Assembly: GCF_021028975.2 (NCBI RefSeq)
Contig: NC_059433.1
Span: forward strand, 52,204,001 to 52,268,000
DNA: 64,000 nt
From: Sphaerodactylus townsendi
Taxonomy: Eukaryota
Direction of reading: 5' to 3'
Positions 1 through 26,054 of this stretch are shown here, one piece after another; positions within the stretch are counted from its first letter, which is position 1, and every line of letters begins with the position of its first letter. The notes beneath the pieces are model-generated. The model worked only from the letters and a program-made list of their open reading frames with translations. It ran no database searches and was not told where the DNA came from. The position numbers and the translations under genes were made by a program.

Positions 1-8
1 TTATTTAC

Positions 9-166
9 CTGCTTAAGAAACGCATCTAGGGCTGAATTGCCAGCTTTCCTCAGTTCTGCATTCTGATGGCCGCACCATTTAGACATTACTTCAAACAGTG
101 ATACACAGTTGTCCAGAAGGCAGGTACTAAACTGAACAGCATGCACACTAAACAAATGTAGGCCAG
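9..166 (-). CDS. PRKDC: PRKDC exon 10
   Basis: 158 nt, [53 protein letters not shown]. Confidence 0.95.
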
Positions 167-3100
167 CTGCAAACCAAATGTTTAAATTTAGATTCAAAAT
201 TTTGTCCAGTCACACAAGTCAGCATGTTCTAGCAGGTCAGAAGTTCTACCTTTCTTGGTGAATTACAATAAGCTGCACATTTATGGAATTATATACTTGG
301 ACAGAAATTAGGAATGAAAAAAATAATTGGCCCATATTTCATTATTATTGTTACCATATTTTAAAATTCTACTTCATCTCCTGTAAACAATAAAGGTGCA
401 TGCACTACACCTCTTCCAATGAAAGAAGTAAATATGCCTGTTTCATCAATGTACGCAATATAAAATAAAATTCTTACCCAGAGGCACGGCATATCGCTTT
501 AAGTCAACCTGTAAGATCAAAAGTTTTGCTATAAAAGGCTTGTCACTCAAAACTACTTAATGCATTAAGAATGATAATTTTGAACCAATATACATCATAC
601 CTGTGGATTTATTGCCTTTACAGCAAAATCAAATATCTCCTTTGAAGTCTGTGGTTCTATGGGGAAAACATCCAAACATTTGAACAACCATGATGTGGTC
701 AATGTGAAATTAAGACTCTTGTCAGTATGGAGAGAAAAAAATTGGGTCTTTGCAAAAAACTGTTCTTCAAGGAAACTCCATGATAATCTTTTTTTACCAA
801 CTAAACAAATCCCAACAATAGATGTAGAAATTTGCAGAAGGTATGTGTGGGATCAATGAAAACATCCAGTAAATCTGTATCCTCATTTTAATTGAACTAT
901 CTATCCTTCCATCTTCACTAAAAATAAACTGAACTAAGCAGATTATAACTTTTAACGCCATATTGAGCAAAACATCCTTATTCTGCATATTCCAACTGAA
1001 AAACCCATAAAGACTAAAGAAAAGGACTGAATGCATGATAAAAGCTATGAAACATAAACCCAACGAAGACAGAAAGAATTTGTAAGAAACAATGAAAATT
1101 AGATGGAGTGAATAAGATGACATTGATGGGAATTTAATCATCTAAAAAGATCACAGTGAAGAAAAAAACTACAGCTCATTCTGCTACTAAAGACAGTGTA
1201 AACAGCAACAGATACAAAGCACAGGGAGATATATTAAGATTAAAGGTCAGGAAACTCTTCCTGACTATTGGAGCAACCTACCCAGGCCACAAAGTCTGAT
1301 TCTGGAGGCGTCCAAGAAATACTGGACAAGCATCTGTTAGATATGCCAATGTATAAATATATTCTTGCTCAGCACAAGCGTTTGGATTAAATGGAACATG
1401 CAACTCATTTCATTAGAATAACTTTAAACTGGCATAAGCACTTCCTTGGATAAAAAGCACAGCAGCTGGAGTATGGAATTTTTTTCCACATCTTATTGGT
1501 AGCAAATCTATGATCAGTCAGACCAATGGTGGTCCTTATTTGAAGAACCAAAACCACCAGGAGTACAGTCCTAAAGACATTCCTGCCCTTTTAAGTCCAG
1601 TGAAGTCAGTGGGTTAAGAAGAGTGTAACTCGGCTTAGCACTCAACTTCATGAATACCGTATATACTCGTGTATAAGTCGACCCGAATATGAGTCGAGGC
1701 ACCTAATTTTACCACAAAAAACTGGGAAAACTTATTGACTTGCGTATAAGTCGGGGGTGGGAAATGCAGCAGCTACTGGTAAATTTCAAAAATAAAAATA
1801 GATACCAATACAATTACATTAATTGAGGCATCAGTAGGTTAAATGTTTTTGAATATTTATTTCAAAGAAAAACAGTAAACTAGCTCTGTACGTGGAAAAG
1901 GGAGTCAACAAAAACAATATGGTCTCAACAATAACTTTAAAAGTACAAAAACCTTAGCTCAACCAGCAACCAAGCTAAAACACAAGAGTTAAAATCCTTC
2001 AAAACTGGATTTTTGGTCAGGGGAGGAATGTTTATGTTAGCAGTACCAACATTTCAGAGTATCTTTAGGAGACCTTCCTGATGATACCACCCAGGTTTGG
2101 TGAAGTTTGGTTCAAGAGGTCCAAAGTTATGGACCCTCAAAAGTTATGGACCCCATCTACTATAAGCTCCCATTGGAAACAATGGGGGATGGGGAACCCC
2201 CTTTGGGGATCCATAACTTTGGACGACCAAAACCAAACATCACCAAACCTGGCTGGTATCAGCAACAGATTATCCTGATGATACCACCCAGGTTTGGTGA
2301 AGTTTGGTTCAAGGGGTCCAAAGTTATGGACCCTTAAAATGTAGCCCCATCTACTATTAGCTCCCATTGGATACAATGGGGGATAGGGGCACCCTCTTTG
2401 GGGGTCCATAAATTTGGACCCCTTGAACCAATCTTTACCAAACTTGGATGGTATCATCAGGAGTGTCACCTGATGATATCCTGAAATTTTGGTGCTGCTA
2501 GCCTAAAACCTGTGCGCCCTGGTGGCCGACAAAGTAAAAACCCTAAAATATTTTTTTTAAATACAGCTGACTTGTGTATAAGTCGAGCGGGGCTTTTTCA
2601 GCACAAAAATGTGCTGAAAAACTCAACTTATACACGAGTATATATGGTACTAACAGGAAGTAGTGGGAGAGTCCATGACAGCTGTGGGCCTTGGCACTTC
2701 ACACTGTCTGTGAAGTGGCACAGAAAAACAGAGATCTCTGAAAGATCTGGACATAGGAGCACCACATTAGTTCTAAATTGGGAAGCAATGACCAAAGATC
2801 TAAAAAAAGTAGAAGGCAGGAGCAATTTCTAGAAGTCGGAATAACACCATTATATTCTTAAGATTCTTAAAATTCAAATATTTTAAAAACAAAACTACTA
2901 CACCTTCATCCATGGACTTTGTAAAGTTATACATCAGAGCAGTCAGTCCTTTTAGACACCCTGCTACTAATGGAAACTTGGGCTCCCTTGTTGAAGATGT
3001 CATCTAAAAAAGGAGGGGGTTAGGTTTAAGTAATATGCTAAAGCAGACTGGTATTCTGACACAAATACACAGAGAAGACGCTACTGCTACAATAAAAAGA

Positions 3101-6100
3101 ACTGAGGAATAGTTTTAATAAAATCTGGGTTTTTTACTTCTACATCACAGATAATCATTACTGGATCCAATCTGGCAAAAGTCGGTAATGGTTAAATCTT
3201 ACTGGCATTAATTCAACTTAATGAATCCAACTGAAGATTCATTCCATTGCTTTCAATAGGACTTGGTAACAACCAACTTTTGATAGATTGTGCCCATTGT
3301 ACATTACACAGAACTAAAATTTTCTTATAACTTTGTTGGCTAAATACAGCAAGTTAGGTGAAGTTCCCAGGATAAAGAAACAGTTAAATAAATTATACTG
3401 TGTATAAGCAACTATTGGAAGTTAACAGTTCTGATACACTACAAAGTTATAAGTATTCTGAATTTTTCCTTCTTGGAAAAACAGTAACAGAATATCCAGT
3501 GGCGAAGCAGAAACAGGGTGGGGAGAGGGGGTGTTCAGGTGCTCCAGTCGCATACCATTGGCATAATGTGGGGGCGGAAAATCGCCCCCAAACCCCCCTC
3601 CCCAGGAGCGGGGCGGGAGGCGGTTTGGGGCGGGGGCAGGCAGGTCGTGCCCCTAGCACAGTTCCCTCTCCCTCTGTCCCTAAGAATATCACAATTTTAA
3701 TTCTATGAGTACTTGTGTAAGAAAAATAGTTACTGCTTATAAAGACATAAACAATCATGAAAATGGTAAGAATTTTCTGTTGCAACATCAAAAAAAGTTT
3801 TACAATTGTCCTGCAGTATAGTGTCTCTCCCTTCCCTCTTCAGCATGGTGTAGTGGTTAAGACCAGGCCTCAGATCTGGAGAATCAGGCTCTTAGCATTA
3901 GTTACAGTTCTCTCGGAACTCTCTCAGTCCCACCTACCTCACAAACTGTCTGTTGTGGGTAGAAGAAGGGCTGCTTTGAGACTCCTTACAGGAGAGAAAG
4001 ACAGGGTATAAATTCAAGCTTCTCCTCCTCCTCCAATAACTCAGCTAGACTGATTATGGATCCCCCCCCACCCATGGTTAACTCTAAGTTAAGAAACAGC
4101 ACATATTTCCAAAAGAATTACTTGTACTCATTTAAGGAAGACTTCAAAATATTCACCCTGAAACACAAGGTTTGAACATACACAGATGGAGACTGATGTC
4201 CCATAAAAATCCAATTTTACCTGTGTTTTGAGTTCGCCCAAATAAGCTCGGAATAATTTTTCAGAGTTGTCAAGCATGTCACTAGGTTGGACTTCTCCCA
4301 AGACTCCAAGGAGCTCATAAATTCTTTCCAGCACTTAAGAAAAGAGAGAGTTCAGCATCCTACTTATACATTTGGCAACAGCTGAAACAATTCCTTCATT
4401 GTATCCACTCTCACTGTCCTGACTTTTTACTCATTGCCTGGCACTCTTATTCATATTTACTCATACTGGCACTCTTATTCTGAGAACCGCAAAAAGGTTA
4501 GGCTTTCAACCTATCTGGGTTTTCTGTGGCTGAGAGAAAAGGCAAGACTGAAAGGATACATTATACTTTTTCGTTATTGCCAACAATTCCTCTAACCGTG
4601 GTAAGGAACCAAGCAGAGTGACCCGGTCTATGCAGTGACCCGGTCTATGCAGCACCAACATGGTGCTTGTGTGGCCTCGAAGCTTATAGGGACCACTGGT
4701 TATTGCCACCATAAACCTAAATAATTTTTTTGGCTGACAGGATCTCCTCTGCCTTTATGAGTTGCATGATGAATATAAATTGTGCAGTGAATCAGATTGT
4801 TCACAGTGCTAATGTTTATAAGGATGTGCTCCAAGAGCTCTTGCATGTGACATAGGAACCGTGGGTCACCTCTTGAATAATGTCCTGAGGCATTAAGGAT
4901 TGCCAACTCTCTTGATCTGGCACTGCCTATAGGAATGATACGCGAAATCATAGGCCCCTTCTGCATGGGCCAACAGAGGTTTAAGGACGGTAAAAACGCT
5001 ATTTTGGGAGAGAATTTTGCACCATTGCTGCAACAAAGCTGCAACACTCTATTTCCCCCAAAGCGGTGCATTGGTGAATCGATAAACTAGTGATTCTTTC
5101 CAAAAGCGGCACTCTACAACAGGCACCGAATGAACTGCTGGGCAGGAGGCACTTCTGCTCCGGCCGTGCTTGCATTTTAAAAAAATTTCTGGTTCATGTC
5201 TGCATCACTACGCAGGTGCACAGGGTTGAATCAGGGTCTCATGGAATGTCAATGTTGCTGTGGGGGTACATGTGTGCATTCCTGTGTAGCTACACAGAAA
5301 TGAGTGGCCAACAAAAAAACCCCACCGCACTGCCATGTGAAGTCTCACAGCCCTGTCGATGCTCTTGCTGCTGACGGGAGGGCCGGGTGTGCAATCAGAT
5401 TGAGGCGACACCGGTGTTATTTACACCATTTGCACAGTGCTGTAGTTGGCCCATGCAGAAGAGACCTTTGTTTGAACATATTTAGCATTATTGGCATTTG
5501 AATTTATTTTCCTACCATTGAATTGTGGCATGGTTCTTTGCTTTAAGTCAAGACATGACTTAAAGCCATGCTTCTAAAGTGCATATTGAAGTAAAATTAG
5601 GACATGATACTCTGTTGCTAAGGCCCTACCAACCCTACTGACTAACTCTGAGCATCATGCACAAGACATACAGTATTTGTGGCTCTACTGGTTGTGTGAC
5701 TGTAAAACTGGATGCTGTTAGCTACAGAGTGAGACCACTTCTCTAAGATACGTTTATTGGATTATGTCTGCATCCTTTAGTAATGGTGGTGACCCACCCC
5801 TTTCCAGCTTTTTTTCTTTTGAAGTTAAAATACATTCATACTTACCTGTATCTGAAACTTTACTTTTTACAGCAAGTTCACCATAGAATTTGTTAAAGAT
5901 TTCCCCAACTTTCATGTCTTCCATCATATGAACTGACCGTACATTCTGAAGCAGCTAGAAATATATTTGCAATAATCAAATGAAAGGGGGACATTTTTAA
6001 AAGGCAGAACAAATAATAGAAGAATGCCATATTGTTTTTTGAGGTAAATGTCATCCTTTACAGTCTCTTGGGGAAAATATGCAAAATCAATTAAAACTTG

Positions 6101-9100
6101 CACTTAGGATCTGCTGCCATTTATGTGTTAATTCATTTCTCAAAGCCCCCAGGGGATGGGGCGGTTTATAAATCGAAACAATAAATAAATAAAATAAATA
6201 AATAAATAAAGGTAGGTATTTTCCTAATTGTCATTTACTTTAAGATACCCTTCAATGTGAATTAACGTACTTCAGCAATATTCCTATTATAACAGCCTTT
6301 AACTATCACTACATATAAGCATGTAGAATGAGATGCTGACTATCGCTACATATAAGCATATGGAACTAGATACTGCCAGAAACACACATAAAGTTGCAAC
6401 TAGACATGCTGCCATTTCTGTGGTAGAATAACACGTTCTCTTCCTGAAGGCAGATGTTCTTTCTTCCTACTATGAATAACACAGACTCAAAGATTAACAA
6501 ATAACATACTATTGCAATATTCCCATGAAAATGAACTTTTGAGTGTCACTCTATATAATGCTATATAGTGCAATTCTCAACCAAATTACCCCTTTCAAAG
6601 TCCACTGAAATCAATGGACTTAGAAAGGAGCAATTTGACTTAGGTTGGCACTGACAGTCATTCCCAGAAACAAAAACCAGCATACAAAGCTTGATGCCTT
6701 CAGTTTGGAGAACAGTGGGCCTATAAAAATTAAACAAATACCTTAATCAGTAGTTCTAGAGCTGGGATTCTGCATTTTGCCGATTTTTCCTTGGTATAAA
6801 CACTAATGCATGTTCGCTGGATGTTAAAAGACAATAAACAAATCAATAAACAATGCGCTGCTTTTTTTGCAGTACAATAGCTTGCAACAATAGTTCCTCA
6901 GCATTGCATTTAAAGCATGACAGCCTATGTATGCATAAAAGGAACAGCAATCCTTAAAATAAAAAATGTAACATTTCCCTCAGTTGTTCTTGTAAACACC
7001 CAGAACATGTATAAGAACTTTCCAAAGTTCCCTAACCAAAACTGGATGGGCTAATAATAATGTCATATTCATATGGAGAGGCTTCTGCCACGACACTGGA
7101 GTACTACTGCTAATGAGGCTTGACAAAACAAAGATAAGAAATGCCTTATGTTTTTACTTGCAGTACCTTGACTGTGACACTGAGGCTCATTCCGCACATG
7201 CAGAATAATGCACTTTCAAACTGCTTTCACTGCTCTTTGAAGCTGTGCGGAATGGCAAAATCCACTTACAAACAGTGGTGAAAGTTGTTTGAAAACGCAT
7301 TATTTTGCGTGTGCGGAAGGGGCCTGAGTGAAGAGAAGAACAAGTATCTCATTCTTCCTGCCCTTCCATAACCCCATTGATACTAAAACTTACACATCTT
7401 TCCTATGCAGAAAATGAAAAAGCTTCAGCTACATAGACAATTTGTGCATATCCAAGGAAGAAAAAATAAGAAAAGGTATATTTTGGACATGATGGTTCTG
7501 TACTGGAACAAGAAGAGCAGCAACAATTTGTACAGTCATTTAGTGCAGCAAAACAATTTTCTCACAATAATGGATTGAAGAACTTAAAACGTGTCCAGAA
7601 CAGAGGGACAAACACAATTGGTATTATTATACAGAAAGAACAGGTGAACATTAAGAGAACAGCAAAAAAGATGTGACATAAGAGAGGAAATATTCCAAAA
7701 GTATTTATATAAAAGCAAGTAGTTTTCCTTGACTTACCCTTAGATCCTGTGCATAAGGGTGGATTTTCTGCCCAATCTTTTCCAGAAAAGCACAAAGAAA
7801 CTTCAATATTTCTTCTCTACAATCTCGAAACTGAAAACAGATAGCATTAAAAGCATTTTCCCAAGTCATATAAACCAGACAACAAAAATATTCAACTAAT
7901 AAGGATTCAAGTTGATTTTGCAAATGCCTTACTTCCTCAAAAAATGTTTTACCAGCACAAGCATACCCAGCACTAGAATACATTCTTCCAATTTATTTTT
8001 TATTTATCTCACTTACAGCCCATCGTTCTCAGAGAGACTTGAGGTGGATTTTAAAAAAGCAAAAAAAAAATCCTTCTCCACCTGGTAACGAGGAAGCGAC
8101 GTGGAAAATGTAATCCGGGGTGTGTGTGTGTAGTTGTAGTGTAGTCAAGGACAGTGCAGCTGTGCTACCTCCTAAGAGGCTTGCTGCACTGTGGTCAGCA
8201 AATCAAAAGCAATGCTCCCCAACCTCTGTAAAATTCCCCTATGAAGCCTAGTGAGCTGCACCTACCCCTTTGCTGGCATAAATCTGCACTGGCAAACAGA
8301 GGCATTCCCAATTTGAAAGGGCACAGGAAGCTGACTAAAACCTTTTCAGCACAGGCTCCTGCACGGAGAAGCGCTAGTGCTGCAGCTGCATTGGTGCTCA
8401 GAGGTCGCGCTATCATGCAGCTCCCCAGCACCAGCATCAGTGCCTCTGAACTGGCATAAATGACACTTATGCCAGTATTAAGAGCCATTCATGCTGGCAC
8501 CAAGGTCATGCCACATCCTCAGCAGTTTGGACCCTCTGCACTGTTATCTTCCTTAACTAGCATACTTTTACAAGCATGCTTTAAACAGTGTTGTTCTTTA
8601 ACTGTTCATTCAACCAAGTGCTTATGGACAGGCACGCTTTAAACTAAGATTTAACTACTTACTTCTTCCATACGCAATGATTTATGGATAAATGAAAGTA
8701 ACCCATCCTCTTTAGAAAAGACCAGTGAAGCCTGTAAAGCTGAAGGGAAAGTGAAAGTTTAAAATGCATACACTACAGCAAATTGCTTCTTTCCAAGTGT
8801 GATTCTAGAATACTTATTACAGTATACAGATAAAAATGCAACAAGCAGTGGACCTCTAAAGACTGCCAGTTTACAATTACCAGTCTAGTTTACTAGTTTA
8901 CAAATGAGCGTCCGGAATTAATCACAGGGCCTCTGTTCACATATAAATATCATACAAATAAACAGAATCCCACCAAGGGAGAGATGAAATGTGCCCACAA
9001 AAGGTCACTGTAGAGATATTTTCCTGCATACTTGGGAACTTCTAGCAAGGTTTTACTGATTTTATTGCTTTTGATTGGCAATGATAATGTTAAGTTGTTG

Positions 9101-10145
9101 CACTAAACACAAACACAATTCAAAACTGATCGACACCAAAAACCTGACAGATCAGAAATAATAGCAGTTATGATTATAATAAAATAGTTGTCCATTAATC
9201 ACTGCAAGATTTAAAGTAGATGATAAAACAAGAATTCATTCACTATATACCTGAAAGGTATTAGAGAATGTTACATAGTGAGCCTTAAAGAAGAAAACGT
9301 ATCAGAGTTGTGGCATGACCACCCAAAATACTTGCTCCAATCACTTATGAACTCAACTTCCTAAAAAGTTGGAATAAGGAGGGGTGCCTTTCATTAAGCC
9401 TTTAAAGGTCAAGAATTATTTCATTTAGTTGAAACATTAGCCAACTTTCTTCCTTGTAGAGCTCAAGGCAACTTACAACATAGTTCTGATACATGCACTT
9501 TTAAACACCTCAGAATTTTGTTAAACTCAATGTTTAGAACACTCTTTTTTTTCAACTCCCCACCCCCATTAAATTTTTATATACTGAATCTTCAGCATCA
9601 TGACGCTTCCCAAAAGCTTGTTTCCTATTCTGTCACATTTTAACTGACCAAGATGCTGCTCTACTGGCTTCTTGTTTTCCTGGGGAAGGGTTAGAATGTG
9701 TTTGCTTATTTATTTATGGTACAATTCTCGGTGAAAGGCGTAAGTCTATGCGTGCAACAGGACGGGGCATTCACTAGCAACAGATCTACACTCATGGGTC
9801 AGGTGGCAATGAGTTCCGCAGTCAACGGTTGCAGTTCATTTGCGGGAATAAAACGTTATATAGCCTCAAGGTCTTTTCCATGTGGTTATTGGTCAAAACC
9901 CCAGAATGAATAATTAAACAAAGTTTCCAAATCCCATTTTTGAGCCCTTAGACCGCTCTATGATGCGCTGTTTACGCACCACGAGCGACATCACCGCTGC
10001 TGGTCACACATGTCTCCGCCAAGGAACGGATTAGGTTATGTCCGTGAATGGCAGCACTGGACGGGTCTGGGCTCTGCAGGATCCCGTGCAGCTGGAGCAG
10101 AAAACCCTGCAGCCCCACGCCAGCTGCAGGCAAGGGTGCCGCCAT
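9..10145 (-). CDS. PRKDC: DNA-dependent protein kinase catalytic subunit (DNA-PKcs), 5' part; coding exons 1-10 (326 codons), continues beyond left edge
   Basis: Exons 9980-10145, 8663-8739, 7738-7830, 6742-6816, 5846-5954, 4221-4333, 2904-3003, 601-656, 478-508, 9-166 all have GT-AG boundaries and splice in frame. Peptides match the DNA-PKcs N-terminus ([29 protein letters not shown]). Head-to-head with MCM4 as in other vertebrates. Confidence 0.97.
478..508 (-). CDS. PRKDC: PRKDC exon 9
   Basis: 31 nt, [10 protein letters not shown]. Confidence 0.93.
601..656 (-). CDS. PRKDC: PRKDC exon 8
   Basis: 56 nt, [19 protein letters not shown]. Confidence 0.94.
1657..2647. mobile_element. Non-autonomous Tc1/mariner-superfamily (Tc2/pogo-like) DNA transposon
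   Basis: TIRs CCGTATATACTCGTGTATAAGTCGA / TCAACTTATACACGAGTATATATGG, TA duplication both sides, internal palindromic repeats. Confidence 0.85.
2904..3003 (-). CDS. PRKDC: PRKDC exon 7
   Basis: 100 nt, [33 protein letters not shown]. Confidence 0.96.
3840..4033 (+). mobile_element. tRNA-derived CORE SINE (Squam3-like), internally deleted
   Basis: A box TGGTGTAGTGG, CCCACCTACCTCACA body, (CTC/CTT)n tail; homologous to 63604-63895. Confidence 0.7.
4221..4333 (-). CDS. PRKDC: PRKDC exon 6
   Basis: 113 nt, [38 protein letters not shown]. Confidence 0.96.
4953..5466. mobile_element. PIF/Harbinger-like MITE
   Basis: TIRs GGCCCCTTCTGCATGGGCCAAC / GTTGGCCCATGCAGAAGAGACC. Confidence 0.7.
5846..5954 (-). 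CDS. PRKDC: PRKDC exon 5
   Basis: 109 nt, [36 protein letters not shown]. Confidence 0.95.
6742..6816 (-). CDS. PRKDC: PRKDC exon 4
   Basis: 75 nt, [25 protein letters not shown]. Confidence 0.95.
7184..7324. mobile_element. 141-bp PIF/Harbinger-like MITE, copy 1
   Basis: TIRs GGCTCATTCCGCACATGCAGAATAATGC / GCATTATTTTGCGTGTGCGGAAGGGGCC; 3-bp TSD TGA. Confidence 0.85.
7738..7830 (-). CDS. PRKDC: PRKDC exon 3
   Basis: 93 nt, [31 protein letters not shown]. Confidence 0.96.
8663..8739 (-). CDS. PRKDC: PRKDC exon 2
   Basis: 77 nt, (A)[33 protein letters not shown]. Confidence 0.94.
9980..10145 (-). CDS. PRKDC: PRKDC exon 1 (start codon)
   Basis: [55 protein letters not shown]; ATG in gtcATGG context, donor GTGCGT. 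Confidence 0.92.
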
Positions 10146-11018
10146 GACACCGCCCGGGCCCCTCAGGAAAATCCAGGCAAAGACTCTCTTTCCGAATCAG
10201 CGCTGCTGGGGGAAGGGGAGCGGAAGTGACGGCATCAAAAGGCGGGGAAAGAAGACTTCGGCCGCGAGGCTTGAACTGTACGGGGGGGGGGGGGGGGGGA
10301 CCGTAGTTGGCTTCACAAGAGGTGGGCGTGGATGGTGACGAAACCATTGTCATTCAAAAGTTAAACGTCGTTCCCCGGTCATAACTAGGAAAGTTAAAGC
10401 AAAAAATAATATTTTATGTGGCATTTTAAAACTTTATTCAAATATCAAGCTGCTGCAACAGTTTCTATTAGAGCTGAGTGCAGTCCCCCCCCCCGCCGCT
10501 TATGGTAATAAACTGGCCCTCCCCGACTCTGTGACCGCGGGATCTGTCAAAACATGGGCGATGCCATTATTAGGATGAGAGTACAACAGCTGTTGAAGGA
10601 AAATGTCCGAAGGCAGATGTCCGCACATGACGCCGAAACGCCACAGTACATATAAACAAAGGCGTTCTTCTTCCACAAACACACCCGAATTGTATGTGGG
10701 AATAATTTTGGCCACCCTTTTCCGGGCTGAGTTGGTATGTCCCATTGTACGATTGGTGGGAATGCCCGCGAACTGGGCGGTCATGTGATTATTTGGCGCG
10801 GAATTTTTCCCTTCTCCCATTGAAGAAATAAACCAAGAAGTAAACCGTGCCCGCGTGGTCTCGGCAGCCAGTTGGGATCGGGCCAGTCAAAAGTGCATGC
10901 TCGTTCGCAAGCTCCCGTGTGGGCGAGAAGACAGTCTGGCATACTAGCTAAGCCGACTCTTGCGTGCCGCTCACAACTCGTTTTTCTTCTTCCCTCTGGC
11001 TTTAGGAGTCTCTCAGCC
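10146..11018. promoter_or_regulatory. Bidirectional CpG-rich PRKDC/MCM4 promoter
   Basis: Divergent ATGs at 10145 and 11019. ETS/GABP CGGAAGTG 10221-10228, E2F-like GGCGGGGAAA 10241-10250, CCAAT (ATTGG) ~10752, GC box GGGCGG 10775-10780, E2F site TTTGGCGC 10792-10799. Probable non-coding MCM4 exon 1 near 10800-10839; acceptor AG at 11004-11005. Confidence 0.85.
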
Positions 11019-25688
<14,670 letters not shown>

Positions 25689-26048
25689 ATACATCTTTAA
25701 CTGTACAATAATGAGATTGTAAGCCTGGTTTCTTTTTATAACAGCATTAGTGCTCATATAACTTAGGTATACTATACAGTGTTAGACTGGCCTTGGGCAG
25801 TAGGCCACCAATATCAACAAAGAAAGTTTCTGTCAGTTCTTGAAATACATTGATATCTTTGAGCACAGGAGATTATCACTTAAGGGCAATTTTGTCCCCT
25901 TAAAGCTCAACATAGAGTATATACATTTAATGCCAAAGTGTAATGACATCATGGACAACTCTTAACATGTAATCTTGCATTTATGCTGATTTTGGCTTAG
26001 CACTTCTTCCACGAGGTGTAAAATGCTTGTCAGAATTTTGTCATTTGC

Positions 26049-26054
26049 AATAAA
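26049..26054 (+). terminator. Probable MCM4 polyadenylation signal AATAAA
   Basis: AATAAA ~360 nt after the stop, followed by GT/T-rich sequence. Confidence 0.6.

Noticed and set aside
2081-2469. Overlapping ORFs with repeated [11 protein letters not shown]
   Set aside because: Translation of the palindromic repeat units inside a non-autonomous transposon; no splice or coding context.
4425-4652. Short direct duplications (~28 bp at 4427-4480; 17 bp at 4617-4650)
   Set aside because: Ordinary slippage duplications with two copies and no spacers; not an array system such as CRISPR.
10500-10820. 106-aa minus-strand ORF in the bidirectional promoter as PRKDC exon 1
   Set aside because: No DNA-PKcs similarity; the true exon 1 is 9980-10145.
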